From positions 60,202,001 through 60,266,000 of the forward strand of contig OX597830.1 in assembly GCA_951406725.2 (NCBI GenBank): DNA of 64,000 nt, given 5' to 3'. The notes under the pieces were generated by a model, which made no database searches, was not told where the DNA came from, and was given only the letters and a program-made list of their open reading frames with translations. The position numbers and the translations under genes were made by a program. Below, one piece after another: positions 28,081-42,797 of this stretch. The stretch comes from Octopus vulgaris. Lineage: Eukaryota. Positions within the stretch are counted from its first letter, which is position 1, and every line of letters begins with the position of its first letter.

Positions 28081-28450
28081 TTACAGATAATCACGTGATG
28101 TAATAGAGAAAACTTGGTTTTTCTGTGTCATGTTTGTCCCTGCACACATGAAAAAGGTCTTAACACATTATTGTGTACGAAGGAAAGTAGGTCGGGGGTG
28201 CCTTTGGGAGCTGGTCCGGGTGTTATTGATAGAAACCACACTCGTTCCAGTCTATGGAGAAAAAGAGAAAAATTCCTACTTCAGGGTCTGTTAAAATGTT
28301 ACAAGTTGATTGTATACGTATATGCACTCACTCCTGCATACGTTTCTACACACACTTGTATACGAGTGAACGACTCTTCCTCACATTGCATTGTTTAAAA
28401 AACAAATATGCCATATGGAAAACATACAAACGCACGCAGACACACACACA

Positions 28451-28499
<49 letters not shown>

Positions 28500-28590
28500 G
28501 GCACAAACACACATACGCACGCTTACACATACAGAGACAATGACAGAAATCTATCAATCTATATGTGTGTGTGTGTGTATACATATACGC

Positions 28591-28664
<74 letters not shown>

Positions 28665-29253
28665 ATATATGTGTGTGTGTACACATACATATGTCCACAC
28701 ATATATTTATATATGTATATACACATGCACTGCCTCCCTCTTTCATGTTTGTGTGTGTGTGTATGTGTATGTGTGTGTGTGTATTCTATATGCATACACA
28801 CTCTTAAGAGTTACACAATATGTGTAAGTAATCCAAAGGTTTAAAGAACACAATGCAAGGATATAGAATAGATTGTAAATTATATTTTAACCGTAAATTA
28901 CGTCGATTCCAATCATTAGTTTCATATTTGATTGAAATTCAAGTAACGAATGAAGTATATGATACAGTAATACATTTATATGCGGAATAGATAATAAAAA
29001 ATACTTTTGAATAAGAACGTTCGCCCACTGATCTCTCTGATATTTGTTTAAAAGATAACGTACGCAACTTAATCGCTTTTAATTGAATTACTTAACCGCT
29101 AAAAGTTTTTAATTTGTAACGACCAACTGTGAACGGAAATTCAAAATGGATCCTTTTTACTTTCAAAAGCCAATGTTTCAACCATCATTACCAAGTTATT
29201 TAAGTTTGGCATATTGTAATGTGTCCACAAAAACTATATAGCCCTTGGGGTTG

Positions 29254-29322
29254 TCATGTTTCAAAGACTATATCTTGACAAACTTGAATCATTGCCAATT
29301 TCTGAAAGATCATTGCTAATTT
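29254..29322 (-). CDS. Candidate terminal exon (KLAMIFQ)KLAMIQVCQDIVFET* of a putative fucolectin/discoidin-like gene
   Basis: Acceptors ttctttcag| at 29322 and atctttcag| at 29301, both phase 0; TGA at 29254-29256; ATTAAA hexamers downstream. Confidence 0.35.
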   Translation of the reverse strand, partial: KLAMIFQKLAMIQVCQDIVFET

Positions 29323-29559
29323 CTGAAAGAATACTAATGTTGATTGAATCTTCCTTTAAATTTATTTTCAGTTAACTCAATATATAGTGTGGAAACTGAA
29401 TTAGTAATTGTAAATACGGCAAATACTTTGTACATTAAAAAACACCATCGATTTCGAAAGCCATCAATTATTAAATGGAGAATTTGCAGGGTTAAAGTTA
29501 CACGAACAGGAAATGTTAAATGTAAACGGTTGCTTATAGTTTTTATAGTTGGTACTTAC

Positions 29560-29611
29560 CATTTCTCTTCCAAAAGTATGTGTATCGTTGACACTAAACT
29601 GTATAGCGTTT
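29560..29611 (-). CDS. Candidate internal exon (52 nt) NAIQFSVNDTHTFGREM
   Basis: ttttttatag| acceptor and ATG|gtaagt donor; phase 2 to 0 fits both neighbours. Confidence 0.5.
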
Positions 29612-29707
29612 CTATAAAAAATTTCGTATTCGAGCATATCGGAGTGTGTATTTTGCGTTGCTTACATAAGGAGGAAAGAGGACAATTAATGCAATAGTAA
29701 TAACGAT

Positions 29708-29741
<34 letters not shown>

Positions 29742-29748
29742 TCAATAC

Positions 29749-30763
<1,015 letters not shown>

Positions 30764-30772
30764 TAACAACAT

Positions 30773-31224
30773 TGTTTTGTCTTGGTATAAAAGATGGGCT
30801 ACAGCAAATATTCTGCTCAATACCACAGATTTGCTTGTCAGTTGTTTGACCGTAACCAGTTGAGCATGTCCTTTGGTGGCTGACGATATGTGCATCTCTG
30901 ATCACGAGCAGAAGTAGTGGGGGAGCATCATAGCCATGTGTTGAGAGGGATTCTTTGGGGTTTGAATAATTCAACTTTGGAAACATGGGTGGTTCTTTCA
31001 ACATCCTTAAACAACCCTTATTCAGGGACCTTTTGAGCGGGATGGGTTACTCGACCAGGTCATGCGCTGTTTATCTTCATTTGAGATTACCATGTCGCGC
31101 ACATATGGTTGTGATGCATGTGTCTGGTGTACCCTTATCAGATGGGTAGTCATGATGGGTATATTGGGCTTCGTATATTTTACCCCAGTGTCACTTTGAT
31201 GGCATGCACTGCTCTCTCACTCAA
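30773..31224 (+). mobile_element. ~450-bp non-coding element embedded in (TAA)n (copy 2)
   Basis: Homologous to 13161-13633 with an internal deletion. Confidence 0.75.
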
Positions 31225-31228
31225 TAAC

Positions 31229-31312
<84 letters not shown>

Positions 31313-31315
31313 TTA

Positions 31316-32865
31316 TGACCACTTTGACAGCCAAAATTAGCTGCCAGAAGAACAGAAAGGTTGCGGGAAGAAGGCTAAAGGAACGCATGATCTATTATAC
31401 ATAGACAAAGCAGTACTGGAAGAAGTGAAATCTAGGAAGAAAAATCTAACAATAGCATAGAAATATTATAAGAAAGCCTAATAAATGATTCCACACCCAT
31501 GGATAAGTGAATGTTTGAGAATGTTCACTATTGTAAACAACCTAAGATGGCTAATTAGCTATAGCATGGAGAAATGAAAGGCGGATCTATACTCATATGA
31601 TACAGCCTTAGGGAGATAAATTTTCCAAGGACACTCGTTATCCCCTTTAATATCTGAGTTATATTTAATCATTCTTAGTTTAGTATTAAGAAAAGCTAAA
31701 GGCAGGGTATCAGTTTAGAGACAGTAAAGGAAAAATTAACCATTTGCTCTACACGGATGATATGAAGCTTTTTAGTAAGTGTAAAAAAGAGATAGATTCC
31801 TCAATATAAATTGTAAGAATCTTCAGAGCAAGGATAGTAAAAGAATACTAACCAAGAAAGGAAGGTGGAAGAGGTTTAGTATCAGTAGAAGACTACGTGG
31901 AGTTAGCTAAAGCAGATATAACCTCCTATGTAGGTAATAGTGGAGAAAGTTTATGAAGAGCTGTTTGAGTAACAGTAGGACATTATGAAGCCAAAAAGTC
32001 AAATGAAGTTAAATCCAGAAAAAAAGAAGACAGATTATCTGACTGACAAGAGAAGACTTTGCATGGTAGATTCATAAAAAGTAGTTGCAACAAATAGTAA
32101 CAGTTGGACATGATTATGGTTGAAGAAAAGAAGGTTAAATAGGGAGACAGAAGATGTATTTGTAGCTGCACAAGATCAAACATTGAGGACTAATTGGCCA
32201 AAAGCCAAGATAGATAAAAACCAAGTGGATTCTAATGTAGGTAATGTAAATCAAAAGAGGAAAATGTTACTCATATAGTAAGTGAATGTAGCGTGCTGGC
32301 ACAGAAAGAAAACAAGAAAGGACATGACAACCTTTGGAGAGTAATCCACTGTTAGTTAAGTAGAAAGCTATGATTTGACCATACTGATAAATGGTATAAA
32401 CACAACCCCAGTAAAATGCTAGAAATAAGAAATATAAGATGCTGTGGGACAACATTCAGACTGACAGTGTAACAGAGGCTAGAAGACCTGATTTAGTAGT
32501 AGTAGATAAAGAGAAGAGAAAGCACCAAGTAACTGACTTTACGGTACCAAATGATGAGGAAGTCAATATCAGAGGTATAGAGAGATTAGTAAAGTACCAG
32601 GACCTAGTCATTAAGTTACAGAGGCTGTGGAAAGTGCAAGTAAAACGTATCGCTATAGTTAGAGGTACATTAGGAATTATCCCCAAAGATTTGAATAGAT
32701 GGCTAGAGGACTAAACTTAGTTTAGTGCTGCTCATAAAAAAAAAACATGTTATTAGGAACAGCTAGAATACTGAGAAAGGTTCTTGGCATTTAAGGTTAC
32801 TCGTTGTAGTCCGGTGTTAGATATCTTTCTTTTCCAACAGTTTAATCGGTTGTGCATATATGAAA
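31316..32865 (+). mobile_element. R4/Dong-type LINE (RT to RLE), degenerate
   Basis: EEQKGC and INHLLYTDDMKL RT motifs; LWDNIQTDSVTEARRPDLVVVD; 3' UTR shared with the 29813 copy. Confidence 0.9.
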
Positions 32866-32866
32866 T

Positions 32867-32901
<35 letters not shown>

Positions 32902-32929
32902 CGACAGCAACAACAACAATAATAATAAC

Positions 32930-33930
32930 ATTATGGAGAGAAAAATCACTTCATGGCCAATACTCTGCAAGGCTTGACAGAGAGGAGGTGGGCCTAAGTA
33001 ATTGCCAACAATGAATCAAAAGATCTGGACTAAAAGCCGAAACGGAAGGACTCCTTCTCGCTGCACAAGACCACTACAAGTAATTATAAAAACAAAGTTA
33101 ACCAGCACAATGGGACAGTTGACTGCATCATCTCAGGCTATCCAGTCCTTGCCAAACGTGAATATTTATACAGACACGATAAAGTAAACATTTATATCCA
33201 CTGCACTATATGCCAACATTACAAGACAAGTGGTATAAGTGTGTGCCAAGCCAGGAACATGACAACGACCAGACCACAATCATCTGGGATATGCCGGTTC
33301 AAAATGATAAAGAAATAAAGCTAATCGCTCAAGGATAGGGGAAAAAACACCTGCTTACTGATAGACATTGCAGTCCTTTCTGATCAAAATATTGTCCAAA
33401 AAGAAGTGGAGAAATTGTCTAAGTAAAAAACTTCGAAATGTGGGGCATGAAGGTAAAAACAATACCAATAATAATGGGAGCATTAGGCATGATAAAAAAT
33501 CATATGAAGAAAAACGTAGAAGCTCTACCTGGATCCTCAACACTACACACTGCCCCACCCCCCAAATAGCCCTGCCAGGAACAGCCCACATCCTACGCAA
33601 GACACTATCAATCCAATAATACAACCTAAACAAAACAACCCACAAATACAAGACACACTCTATACAGCATTTACCCAGTGAAATACACTTCCACCTGCAA
33701 GCTAGAACACCAAACCATTACACACTCAAACACACAATACAAGCAGAAACACAACAAAAGACTGCACCACACCCAAAGATAAAAAAGAAGCTAACACAAT
33801 ACAATACCGTGAAGAGTTTGCACACTCCCAACAGCAGAAGAGAACATACAATGCTGGACACACCCCAACAATACGGAGTTGTAGCAGGTGATGAAGTAGA
33901 AATTTCCCTCAATTTACCAAATATAGAACA
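32930..33930 (+). mobile_element. Second R4/Dong-type family, 3' fragment
   Basis: WREKSLHGQY, GLKAETEGLLLAAQD and IIWDMPV motifs across frameshifts; followed by (TAA)n. Confidence 0.7.
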
Positions 33931-34032
33931 GTCATATAATAATAATAATAATAACAACAACAACAGCAACAACAAAAACAGCGATAATAATAACGATACC
34001 AACAATAAGGTTGCTACTACTACTATCACTAT

Positions 34033-34126
<94 letters not shown>

Positions 34127-34128
34127 TA

Positions 34129-34332
34129 TATTTCTTTACTACCCACAAGGGGCTAAACACAGAGGGGACAAACAAGGACAGACAAAGGGATTAAGTCGAT
34201 TGCATCGACCCCAGTGTGTAACTGGTACTTAATTTATCGACCCCGAAAGGATGAAAGGCAAAGTCGACCGCGGCGGAATTTGAACCCAGAACGTAACGGC
34301 AGACGAAATACGTATTTCGCCCGGCGTGCTAA
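34129..34332 (-). mobile_element. SINE family C (Nin/Deu-like central domain), 5' truncated
   Basis: gcctttcatcctttcggggtcgat...agtaccag on the minus strand; located in (TAA)n. Confidence 0.85.
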
Positions 34333-34559
34333 TAATAATACAATCACTTGACACAAACCAGCGACCTTGGGCAAGTGAAGGTTATGAGATATTTACATGT
34401 AATTGAAAGTTTGAGGAGAGAAAAATGTGGAGGACGGTATAGAAATATATTTATACAACACAACACAAACTTATGCATAGCTACGTATAATAAAATAAAT
34501 AGATTAATAATAATTGATTTGGTAATTTGACAAATTGATTTTTCATTTAGATACAACTA

Positions 34560-34945
34560 ACAATAATACATAAACACTGCAGTATAAAACATGGAATTGA
34601 AGTTGATTTGGGTTTTTTCTAAGGATGTGAGCAGTACTTGTCAACATAAACTTTGGGATTTCTTTGAGAAACAGGTCTCCTGGGATGCTATCCCCTCCTT
34701 TTTTTTAATCTTATAAAGGATACCTACAATGACAGAGACGATTTTCGCTTCAAAACGCCGCATCTTTTGTCTTTCAATCTCTAGATCCTTATATTTACTA
34801 AGCTTGTCAAATTCCTTGGCGGATATATTCTTATCTGTGGGGACATTTATGTCGATCAGTCTACAAGTATTTTCATCTCTGACTTTAATGATTATGTACG
34901 GTCGACTAGCCTGGATTGCTCTGTCAGTGTTGACAGGAAATCTCA
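34560..34945 (-). mobile_element. R4/Dong-type RLE fragment
   Basis: FPVNTDRAIQASRPYII...CRLIDINVPTD...DKLSKYKDLEIE. Confidence 0.85.
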
Positions 34946-34957
34946 ATTATTATTGTT

Positions 34958-35039
<82 letters not shown>

Positions 35040-35109
35040 ACATCATCATCATCACCATCATCAACATCATCATCATCATCGTCGTCGTCGTCGTCGTCGT
35101 CGTCATCAT

Positions 35110-36085
35110 TAAGTAGTTGACGGGGGCAGTCATCAACAACCGATGGCCGTTAGCCCTGAGAAGGGCTACGAGATTAGTGTCGGTTAGGTTTAGTAAGGAA
35201 ATAATGATGGAAAATTTTAGAGGAGGAGAAGTGGCACTTAGAACTAAGGTATTACGACTGAGACACTGGGGATGCGATAGACATTTGATCGATTCTAAAA
35301 CGCTAAACACGAAGTTTGTGTGACACGAGAGAATTTATAGCCGTTCGATAGGCATACGCGGCAACAAAGCCACAATTTCGTTTTTGATGTATTGGGAGGA
35401 ATACGTGCTACTGAAGAGCAGGCAGATGCGTGTAGCTTTTGAGAGGAATTCCGATCTGCTGTTTGGATCGGACAGTGAACGAGAGACGGGTTTGACCTCT
35501 ATCGCCTATCCCGATGGAGTGCTACACCACTCAATTGGGGATGCGGAATTTTGTCAAAGGCCGAAATAGCTAACGAAGCACGGCTGAGGCTGGACAGTCT
35601 GCTCACACAGGGTTTATTTTCATGTCCTACTTGTTTAGGATCTCTTGGCAAATGTCTACTGCATCTGACAACGAAATTCTGTTTTGCGAAAATAGGTGTG
35701 GTGATGCTACTGAGAAAGGAGGCGGACAAAGGAGATGATTTTAACAATTTCAGGCCCGTAACTCTGCTCAATGCCGAGTTGAAGAGTTTAACCAAGGTGT
35801 TAGCTAAGAGGTTGTCGATATTCTGGCAGGCGAAGCACAGACATGTGCTGTATCAAACAGATATACCCACGACAACCTCCACCTCATAGAAGGAGTAAGT
35901 AAAGAACCTGGGACTTGATCAATTTAGATAAATCGAATACTTTCGTAGGGTCGCCCATCAATACTTGACGGCCGTCCTCAAGGCGGCTGATTTCGGGCTC
36001 ATTTCGAAAGTTGAATCGCTGCCATGTCGGAATGAGACAATTGGGCGCAGCTGTTTGGACGGTGACGATTTGGCACGGCTGACTA
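35110..36085 (+). mobile_element. L1/Tx1-clade LINE RT relic
   Basis: KGDDFNNFRPVTLLNAELKSLTKVLAKRL. Confidence 0.7.
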
Positions 36086-36194
36086 GACATTCACCTTGTT
36101 TTGATAATAACACTTTTTAGCGCTAGAGGCAAACACCGACACAAAGACATATACACACAGATACATACATACAAACACACGCACAGATATATTA

Positions 36195-36234
<40 letters not shown>

Positions 36235-36263
36235 CATTATTATTATTATTATCATTATTATTA

Positions 36264-36309
<46 letters not shown>

Positions 36310-36485
36310 CATTATTATTATTATCATTATTATTATTATTATATGTTAGTATGCATGTATGTATGTATGTATGTATGTATGTATGTATGTATGTATGTAT
36401 GTATGTATGTATGTATGTATGCATGTGTGTATGTATGTATGTATGTATGTATGTATGTATGTATGTATGTATGTATGTATGTATG

Positions 36486-36620
36486 TATGATGGCCTTTCA
36501 CATAGCGTCGGTCTTACCAAATTCACTTAGAAGGCGTTGGTCGGCTTGGGGTTTAAGTAAAAGACACTTGTCCAAGGTGCCGCTTAGCGGGACTGAACCG
36601 GACACTACGTGGTTGCAAAG
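36486..36620 (-). mobile_element. SINE family A 5' half, diverged
   Basis: agacacttgtccaaggtgcc...gggactgaacc. Confidence 0.65.
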
Positions 36621-37042
36621 CCTGATTGCACATATTCAGCCATTATTATTTTTCACACACACTCACACAGACAGCAATAACTGGTTCCGGTCAGCAAAAT
36701 ATGATTTTTCTTCGACTGCAAAACACGCACGAAAATTCATTCAAGACATATATACAAGAACTTCGCCCCCCACCTCTCTTTCTAACTCTCTCTCTCCCTC
36801 TCTCTTTGTGATGCGTGCGTTAACTTCGTCTTTTGAAAGCATACGCTAATATTTTGCAGTAAAACTGTTATACGAAAACTTGTGATATGCGAAAACTTAT
36901 TTTTGTATTCTTACTTTCATATATATAAGATATGTGATAAAAATATTTGCTTCCTACGCTACAAAACTTGTCTTATGCTAATAAATATATACATGTGTAA
37001 AAACTTAGCACATTTTCAACCATTTCTTATTTCTTATATATG

Positions 37043-37360
37043 TGGCCGTGTGGGATGAAGTTTGTTTCCCAACCAAATGGTTCTGGGTTCAGTCCCACTG
37101 CGTGACACCTTGGGCAAGTGCCTTCAACTATAGCCTCGGGCTGACCAAAGCCTTGTGAGTGGATTTGGTAGACGGAAACTGAAAGAAGCCTGTTGTATAT
37201 ATAAATCTGTGTGTGTGTCTTTGTGTCTGTGTTTATGTCTCTGTAACTTAGCGTTTCGACAAAAACGACTGATAGAATAAGTACTAAGCACGGAGGCCAA
37301 TTCATTCAACTAAAAATTCTTCAAGGCGAAACCCCAACATGGGGCCACAGTCTAGTGACT
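37043..37360 (+). mobile_element. SINE family A
   Basis: gggttcagtcccactgcgtgacaccttgggcaagtg...gtggatttggtagacggaaactgaaagaagcc. Confidence 0.8.
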
Positions 37361-38754
37361 GTGTGTGTGAGTATGTGTATGTATAAATGTATGTGGATGT
37401 CAGTATGCGTGTGTTTGAGTAAGAAATATTGAACGCCAGAATAAATACTACTTTAGAATATTTAGTTTTTCTTCTTCAAATTACTTGTCGACTTTCGATC
37501 AGTTTTGAAGAGATAATTCGACTAGGAACTCTCCCCTAACATGTGTGATCTTAACCAATATATGTAGATTATGTCGCCATATTCCTCTGAATAATCTCTC
37601 TCAGCTTGCTTTTATACTTTTTTGATTATCTGGAATGTGACGTACTCTAAGTCCACCCCCTCCTCACCGTGGTGGGGACGCTGGCAACGGGTAGTGTCAG
37701 AGCTATGCCGTCGGGAACTTCGGTTCCTGGTATGGCCACCCAAGGCGGATTGGTCTGACACCGAGTGGTATTAGGGCCACAACCCGAAATCCTCAGAGTG
37801 TCTGCTTCGGCAACCGGCGGCTCCTCGGTCGTTCTGTCCCTGCGTCTGCGGACAATCTGCGGTAAACAGGATGTCTCCACATGCGGGATTGTTGGGGACA
37901 GCACGTGAAATTCACATATTCCCACGAAACTTCTTCCGACTCAACCCGCCCAGGGTGAATGTTGCCACAAGTACAAGTAAGTACTCTAGCCCTTAACAAC
38001 TGAACAGCCCTTAGTATATCACTCATGAATGTGGAACTGCATACAAAAAATGATAACCATCGGAAAGGTCTGTATTATTCATTATCATCATATTTTTATT
38101 CATCACACGACAATGTCGTTCCGTCGTTAATGTTAAAGTCACAGATTCCCAGTACTCGTTCCTCCTTCCAAGGCTGATCACCAAGGCTGATCCTATTCCC
38201 CTTATCTCAGCCGTTGAACACCCAAAACAGCTCCATACTCTGTGCCAACACTTTCAGTATAGTAGTTTGTCATCGTCAGCGGCATTAACTCGTGTCCGAC
38301 AAGTTAATCTATAGCGAGTGAGTGGACCTCTTCATTTTGAGGATGCCGATGCTTGAGGCGGCCAAGGGCGGTATAAAAGAGCCAGAGGGTCGGGCACATG
38401 GTAGATTAAGTTGAACATAAATCACACTAATCTATAACAGTTTCCCTAGTATTAAAGGACCTTAAAAGGGCTATGGGCACGGGCATGCCTTCCTTTCAGA
38501 AAATAATTAGCCAGATAGAGACAGAACGATAGACTCAATACAATGCAAGATATAATATAGCGAACATCACAAGAACAACAACAACAGCAATGAGAGCAGC
38601 AGCAGCAGCAATAACAATAACAATAACAACAACCATTGTCACAGTTAACAGCAGCAACAACAACAGTAACAGCAATTGTATGAAGAACAACCCTAACAAC
38701 TGTAAGAACTTTGGCCCGGTGACAAAAATGTCGATTCGCAGAGTCTAAACTTAC

Positions 38755-38784
38755 ATAAACATCGTCTGACTTACGTAGCAGAGG
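38755..38784 (-). CDS. Candidate 30-nt micro-exon LCYVSQTMF (phase 2-2)
   Basis: Pyrimidine tract cctcctcttttatcag|; gtaagt donors after +10 and +30 nt. Confidence 0.4.
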
Positions 38785-39616
38785 CTGATAAAAGAGGAGG
38801 GGATAGAGGTGGAGCAGGTGGGGGCCGGTGAAGCAGGTGGAGCCGGTGGAGCTGGTGGTGCCGTATGGATGGATGGATGGATGCCAAGCGTGGGTGGGGA
38901 TACAGGTCGACAGGTATGTACATAGGTAAACACTAACAGAATACTTCACATTCCTTCATCTTTCTACACACTTCCATTGTGTTACCTTATTTATACACTG
39001 CTTACTTACTATCATTTCCACCACCACCACCACCATCACTTGCCATCACCACCAGCACCATCATCATCATCATCATCATCGCCACCACTACCAATTCTCG
39101 CCCCACCGCAGAGCACTCAAACACAGACACCACCACCCATCGCGCCACGCAGACACCACCTCCACCCGTCGCAACATACTCCTTAACCGCTACCACCCCC
39201 CATCATCTCCATCATCCCTGTCACTACCACCACCATCACCATTGCCACAACCGCCACCCCTGCCTCTGCAACCATTACTATTATTTAATACATGACTGCC
39301 TTTCTCTGTTTCATATATATACTTCTGTTTTGGTCTCTCTCCTTCCTTTTTCTACCCCTCCTTCAATCCATCTTTAACCAGCCACTCAGTCTGCCTGGCT
39401 GCCTGGCTGGCTGGCTGGCTGGCTGACTGGCTGGCTGGCTGGCCGGCTGACGGCCGACCGGTCTTATATATAAGTATAACTATATTTTTTATATGTAATA
39501 TTTTATTTCACCTTCCTCACATAAACACACAAATATACATACCTACCTAATTAAATACATACAGACGGATAAACAGACAGACAGACTGAGGTGGGGACCG
39601 GATGTTATATGCATAC

Positions 39617-39807
39617 GTAGGCTTCAACACAAGGAATGTTGGTGGGCCATTCCCTTCACAACTTCCGTTTAGTGCAGACATAACAGTCCAGATACGGTTG
39701 TTTGAGACGGCAAAGGAAAATCCTGTCGAAGTCAGCCGGTATTGAAATGTAAACATATTCCCAACGTCAGTGAGAAAGAAAACTTCGTTATCCATAGTTT
39801 CTCTGCT
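39617..39807 (-). CDS. Candidate exon (191 nt) of a galactose-binding/fucolectin-like domain protein
   Basis: Unique sequence with open frame SRETMDNEVFFLTDVGNMFTFQYRLTSTGFSFAVSNN...SCEG...LKP; weak aatcag| acceptor and |gtatgc donor. Confidence 0.45.
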
Positions 39808-40012
39808 CTGATTACAAATTTACATTTATACTGACATTTATTGGTGCATTTGGATGTGTTAGTGAATGTTTAAGAGACAATTGCGACAAGACTCGTAGCC
39901 CAAACATTAAAAATATGCCTAACACTTCGCCGCTGTTATCTAACTTCCAGTGATGGGACTTTTTCCATTTTTTTTTAAAATTCTTTCTTCGTTTCTACGA
40001 AGAATGCAAAAT

Positions 40013-40061
<49 letters not shown>

Positions 40062-40329
40062 CTTTCAATGTAAAATCGAATCTGAAACACTTAAATCTTT
40101 CAACTTCCTATTCGTTTCCTCAAAAGCTATAAAAAGGTTCATCTTTTTTTTATCTCAAACTCTAATTCTTCTCTTACGACTTGTCAGACAGATTCAGATC
40201 ACAACACTTAATCACCACACAACTCGCAAAACACGAAGGCTTCAATGACAAAATAACTTTCTACCACCAATATTTTGTCACCAGAGACAGAAAAGTTCTT
40301 GACCATTCACTGCCTACACCCTCTTTGTG

Positions 40330-40520
40330 ATCACTCGCTCTGGTAGAAATAGCAACTGAGTATCCCACCCAAATCACATCATAATGTCTTAAAAACGAAA
40401 GACACGTTTGACGATGCAGTCTCAGGTACAATATCTGACAAAAGAGATTGCCACGGATGGCAAGCCATTTGTCATAATTTTAATCGTACAGGACTGACTT
40501 GGGGTTAAACACCAACACAG
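40330..40520 (+). mobile_element. Old repeat family F relic (related pieces at ~15195-15295 +, ~20885-20935 -, ~21270-21400 -)
   Basis: Shared tagaaatagca...aaatcaca motif and gactgacttggggttaaac end. Confidence 0.4.
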
Positions 40521-40524
40521 AAAC

Positions 40525-40792
40525 CAGTGGTTCCCAAACTATTTCCGTCTGCCACCCCCTTGGCACCTGGGCCACATTCCTAGCGCCTCCCCTCATCACA
40601 GCCACAAACATAGACCACTTTCTGCAGCAAATTCAAAACAACTGTATCTCACAGATATAACTTAACCAAATTAACCCATTATTTCGTTGTTTTTACATCC
40701 ATCACCCCCTTTTGGCCACCCTATTGTCACCCCAACGTGGAGCTTTCCACCCCATCCCCCAGGGGAGCTACCGCCTGCTTTGGAAACCACTG
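40525..40792. mobile_element. hAT (Charlie-like) MITE
   Basis: TIR cagtggttcccaaa / tttggaaaccactg; TSD degenerate. Confidence 0.7.
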
Positions 40793-41350
40793 ATATAAAT
40801 CGTTTGTGGGGAATTATCAATCACGACACAAACCTTACTGACGGGCGATATCAAACCATGTGAAATGCCCGAGTTTTTCCAACAGGATTTTATAACAATC
40901 CTCTTTATCACCAACTGTTAACTTATCTACTTGCTCACATCACCTCATAAAAACACACAATTCCGTTGCAGATTATGTCAAAGTTTCTGCATGCCCGACT
41001 ACTCCTATCCTCTTTCGACCACATAAAAATCTGGTTGTAAAAATATAATATGGTAAACGTAACACCGACAAAATCCCGTGTCTCTACCAGATATACACAA
41101 TCGCTTTAACCCGAGAACATCAAAACTACCAACCATCAAATTCACCAAGTTAAATCTCGATTGTAAAAAGTATGACAAAGAACGCAAAAGATGATACAGA
41201 AACTGTAAAATCTCTCATTTGTATAAGATCTGGCCAACATAACGAATCAACGTTAGCGTAAATGTGTTATATCCATTATTAATAATGACGATCCTGCCGG
41301 GACATCCAATCATCTCAATGGCAAATCACAATAAATTACAAAGAACACAA

Positions 41351-41735
41351 TGTGGAGGCGCAATGGCCCAGTGGTTACAGCAGCGGACTCGCGGTCATAG
41401 GATCGCGGTTTCGATTCCCAGACCGGGCGTTGTGAGTGTTTATTGAGCGAAAACACCTAAAGCTCCACGAGGCTCCGGCAGGGGGTGGTGGTGATCCCTG
41501 TTGTACTCTTTCACCACAACTTTCTCTCACTCTTACTTCCTGTTTCTGTTGTACCTGTATTTCAAAGGGCCGGCCTTGTCACTCTCTGTGTCACGCTGAA
41601 TATCCCCGAGAACTACGTTAAGGGTACACGTGTCTGTGGAGTGCTCAGCCACTTACACGTTAATTTCACGAGCAGGCTGTTCCGTTGATTCGGATCAACC
41701 GGAACCCTCGTCGTCGTAACCGACGGAGTGCTTCC
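41351..41735 (+). mobile_element. SINE family B2 (B head, different tail), full length
   Basis: Perfect 13-bp TSD acaaagaacacaa (41338-41350 / 41736-41748). Confidence 0.9.
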
Positions 41736-41792
41736 ACAAAGAACACAAAATATTACTACCATCACAGACTCTACATATACATTAACAGAGCG

Positions 41793-41827
<35 letters not shown>

Positions 41828-41830
<3 letters not shown>

Positions 41831-41904
41831 GATGTCCATAAAGTTTCTTTACAATTTTGAGTTTAAAAGTATGGAAGTTGTGAAGATAATTTATGGACGC
41901 ACTG
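41828..41904. mobile_element. 77-bp Tc1/mariner-type mini element
   Basis: TA|caggatgtccataaa ... tttatggacgcactg|TA. Confidence 0.5.
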
Positions 41905-42130
41905 TATACGTACGAAGGCGACTTGAATGTGCAAGATTTAGAGTCCGTAAATAGAACGAACTCAAATCACCAGCCTCCGATATTCATAAACACAGCCCGA
42001 AATATTAGGGTATCACCATATAATACTATCCCCACCAAAAAACAGTTTCTTCCACTTTGCGTTGACGAACATAGAAATACACTCACACACACACACGCAA
42101 ACATACACACACACACACTCAACACACACA

Positions 42131-42360
42131 TATTTCTTTACTACCCACAAGGGGCTAAACAGAGAGGACAAACAAGGACAGACAAACAGATTAAGTCGAT
42201 TACATCGACCCCAGTGCGTAACTGGTACTTATTTAATCGACCCTGAAAGGATGAAAGGCAAAGTGGACCTCGGCGGAATTTGAACTCAGAACGTAGCGGC
42301 AGACGAAATACCACTAAGCATTTTGCCTGGCGTGCTAACGTTTCTGCCAGCTCTCCGCCT
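42131..42360 (-). mobile_element. SINE family C, full length
   Basis: Reverse complement of 42798-43029. Confidence 0.9.
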
Positions 42361-42409
42361 TCTACTTTGCTTTGACGAACATAGAAATACACTCACACAC
42401 GCACGCACG

Positions 42410-42486
<77 letters not shown>

Positions 42487-42797
42487 GTGGCAGCGGAAGC
42501 ATTTTCATTAAGTTTAAATATTGGGCTGAGACGCGCACCACCACCAGAGTTAAGTGTAAAAGTACTGACTGGCATGCTATTATTATTTTTTTTTTGTTTT
42601 GTTTTAGCTTTTGTCTGCCCCTGCTGTGTACTGGAATAAAGGAGCAAACGAAACCGCGGAAGAAACACTAGAACACATCCAGATGCCATACTTCATCGTA
42701 TGTATGTCATCGTATGTATATATATACTTCATCTGCATATCCGAGAGCGCAACTAACTGTACCCAACTATGCGGATACACGGTATAACGGGTTTTTA

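Noticed and set aside
37640-38400. GC-rich unique-looking segment with short ORFs
   Set aside because: Possibly an L1/Tx1 ORF1 or UTR relic, but no diagnostic motif.
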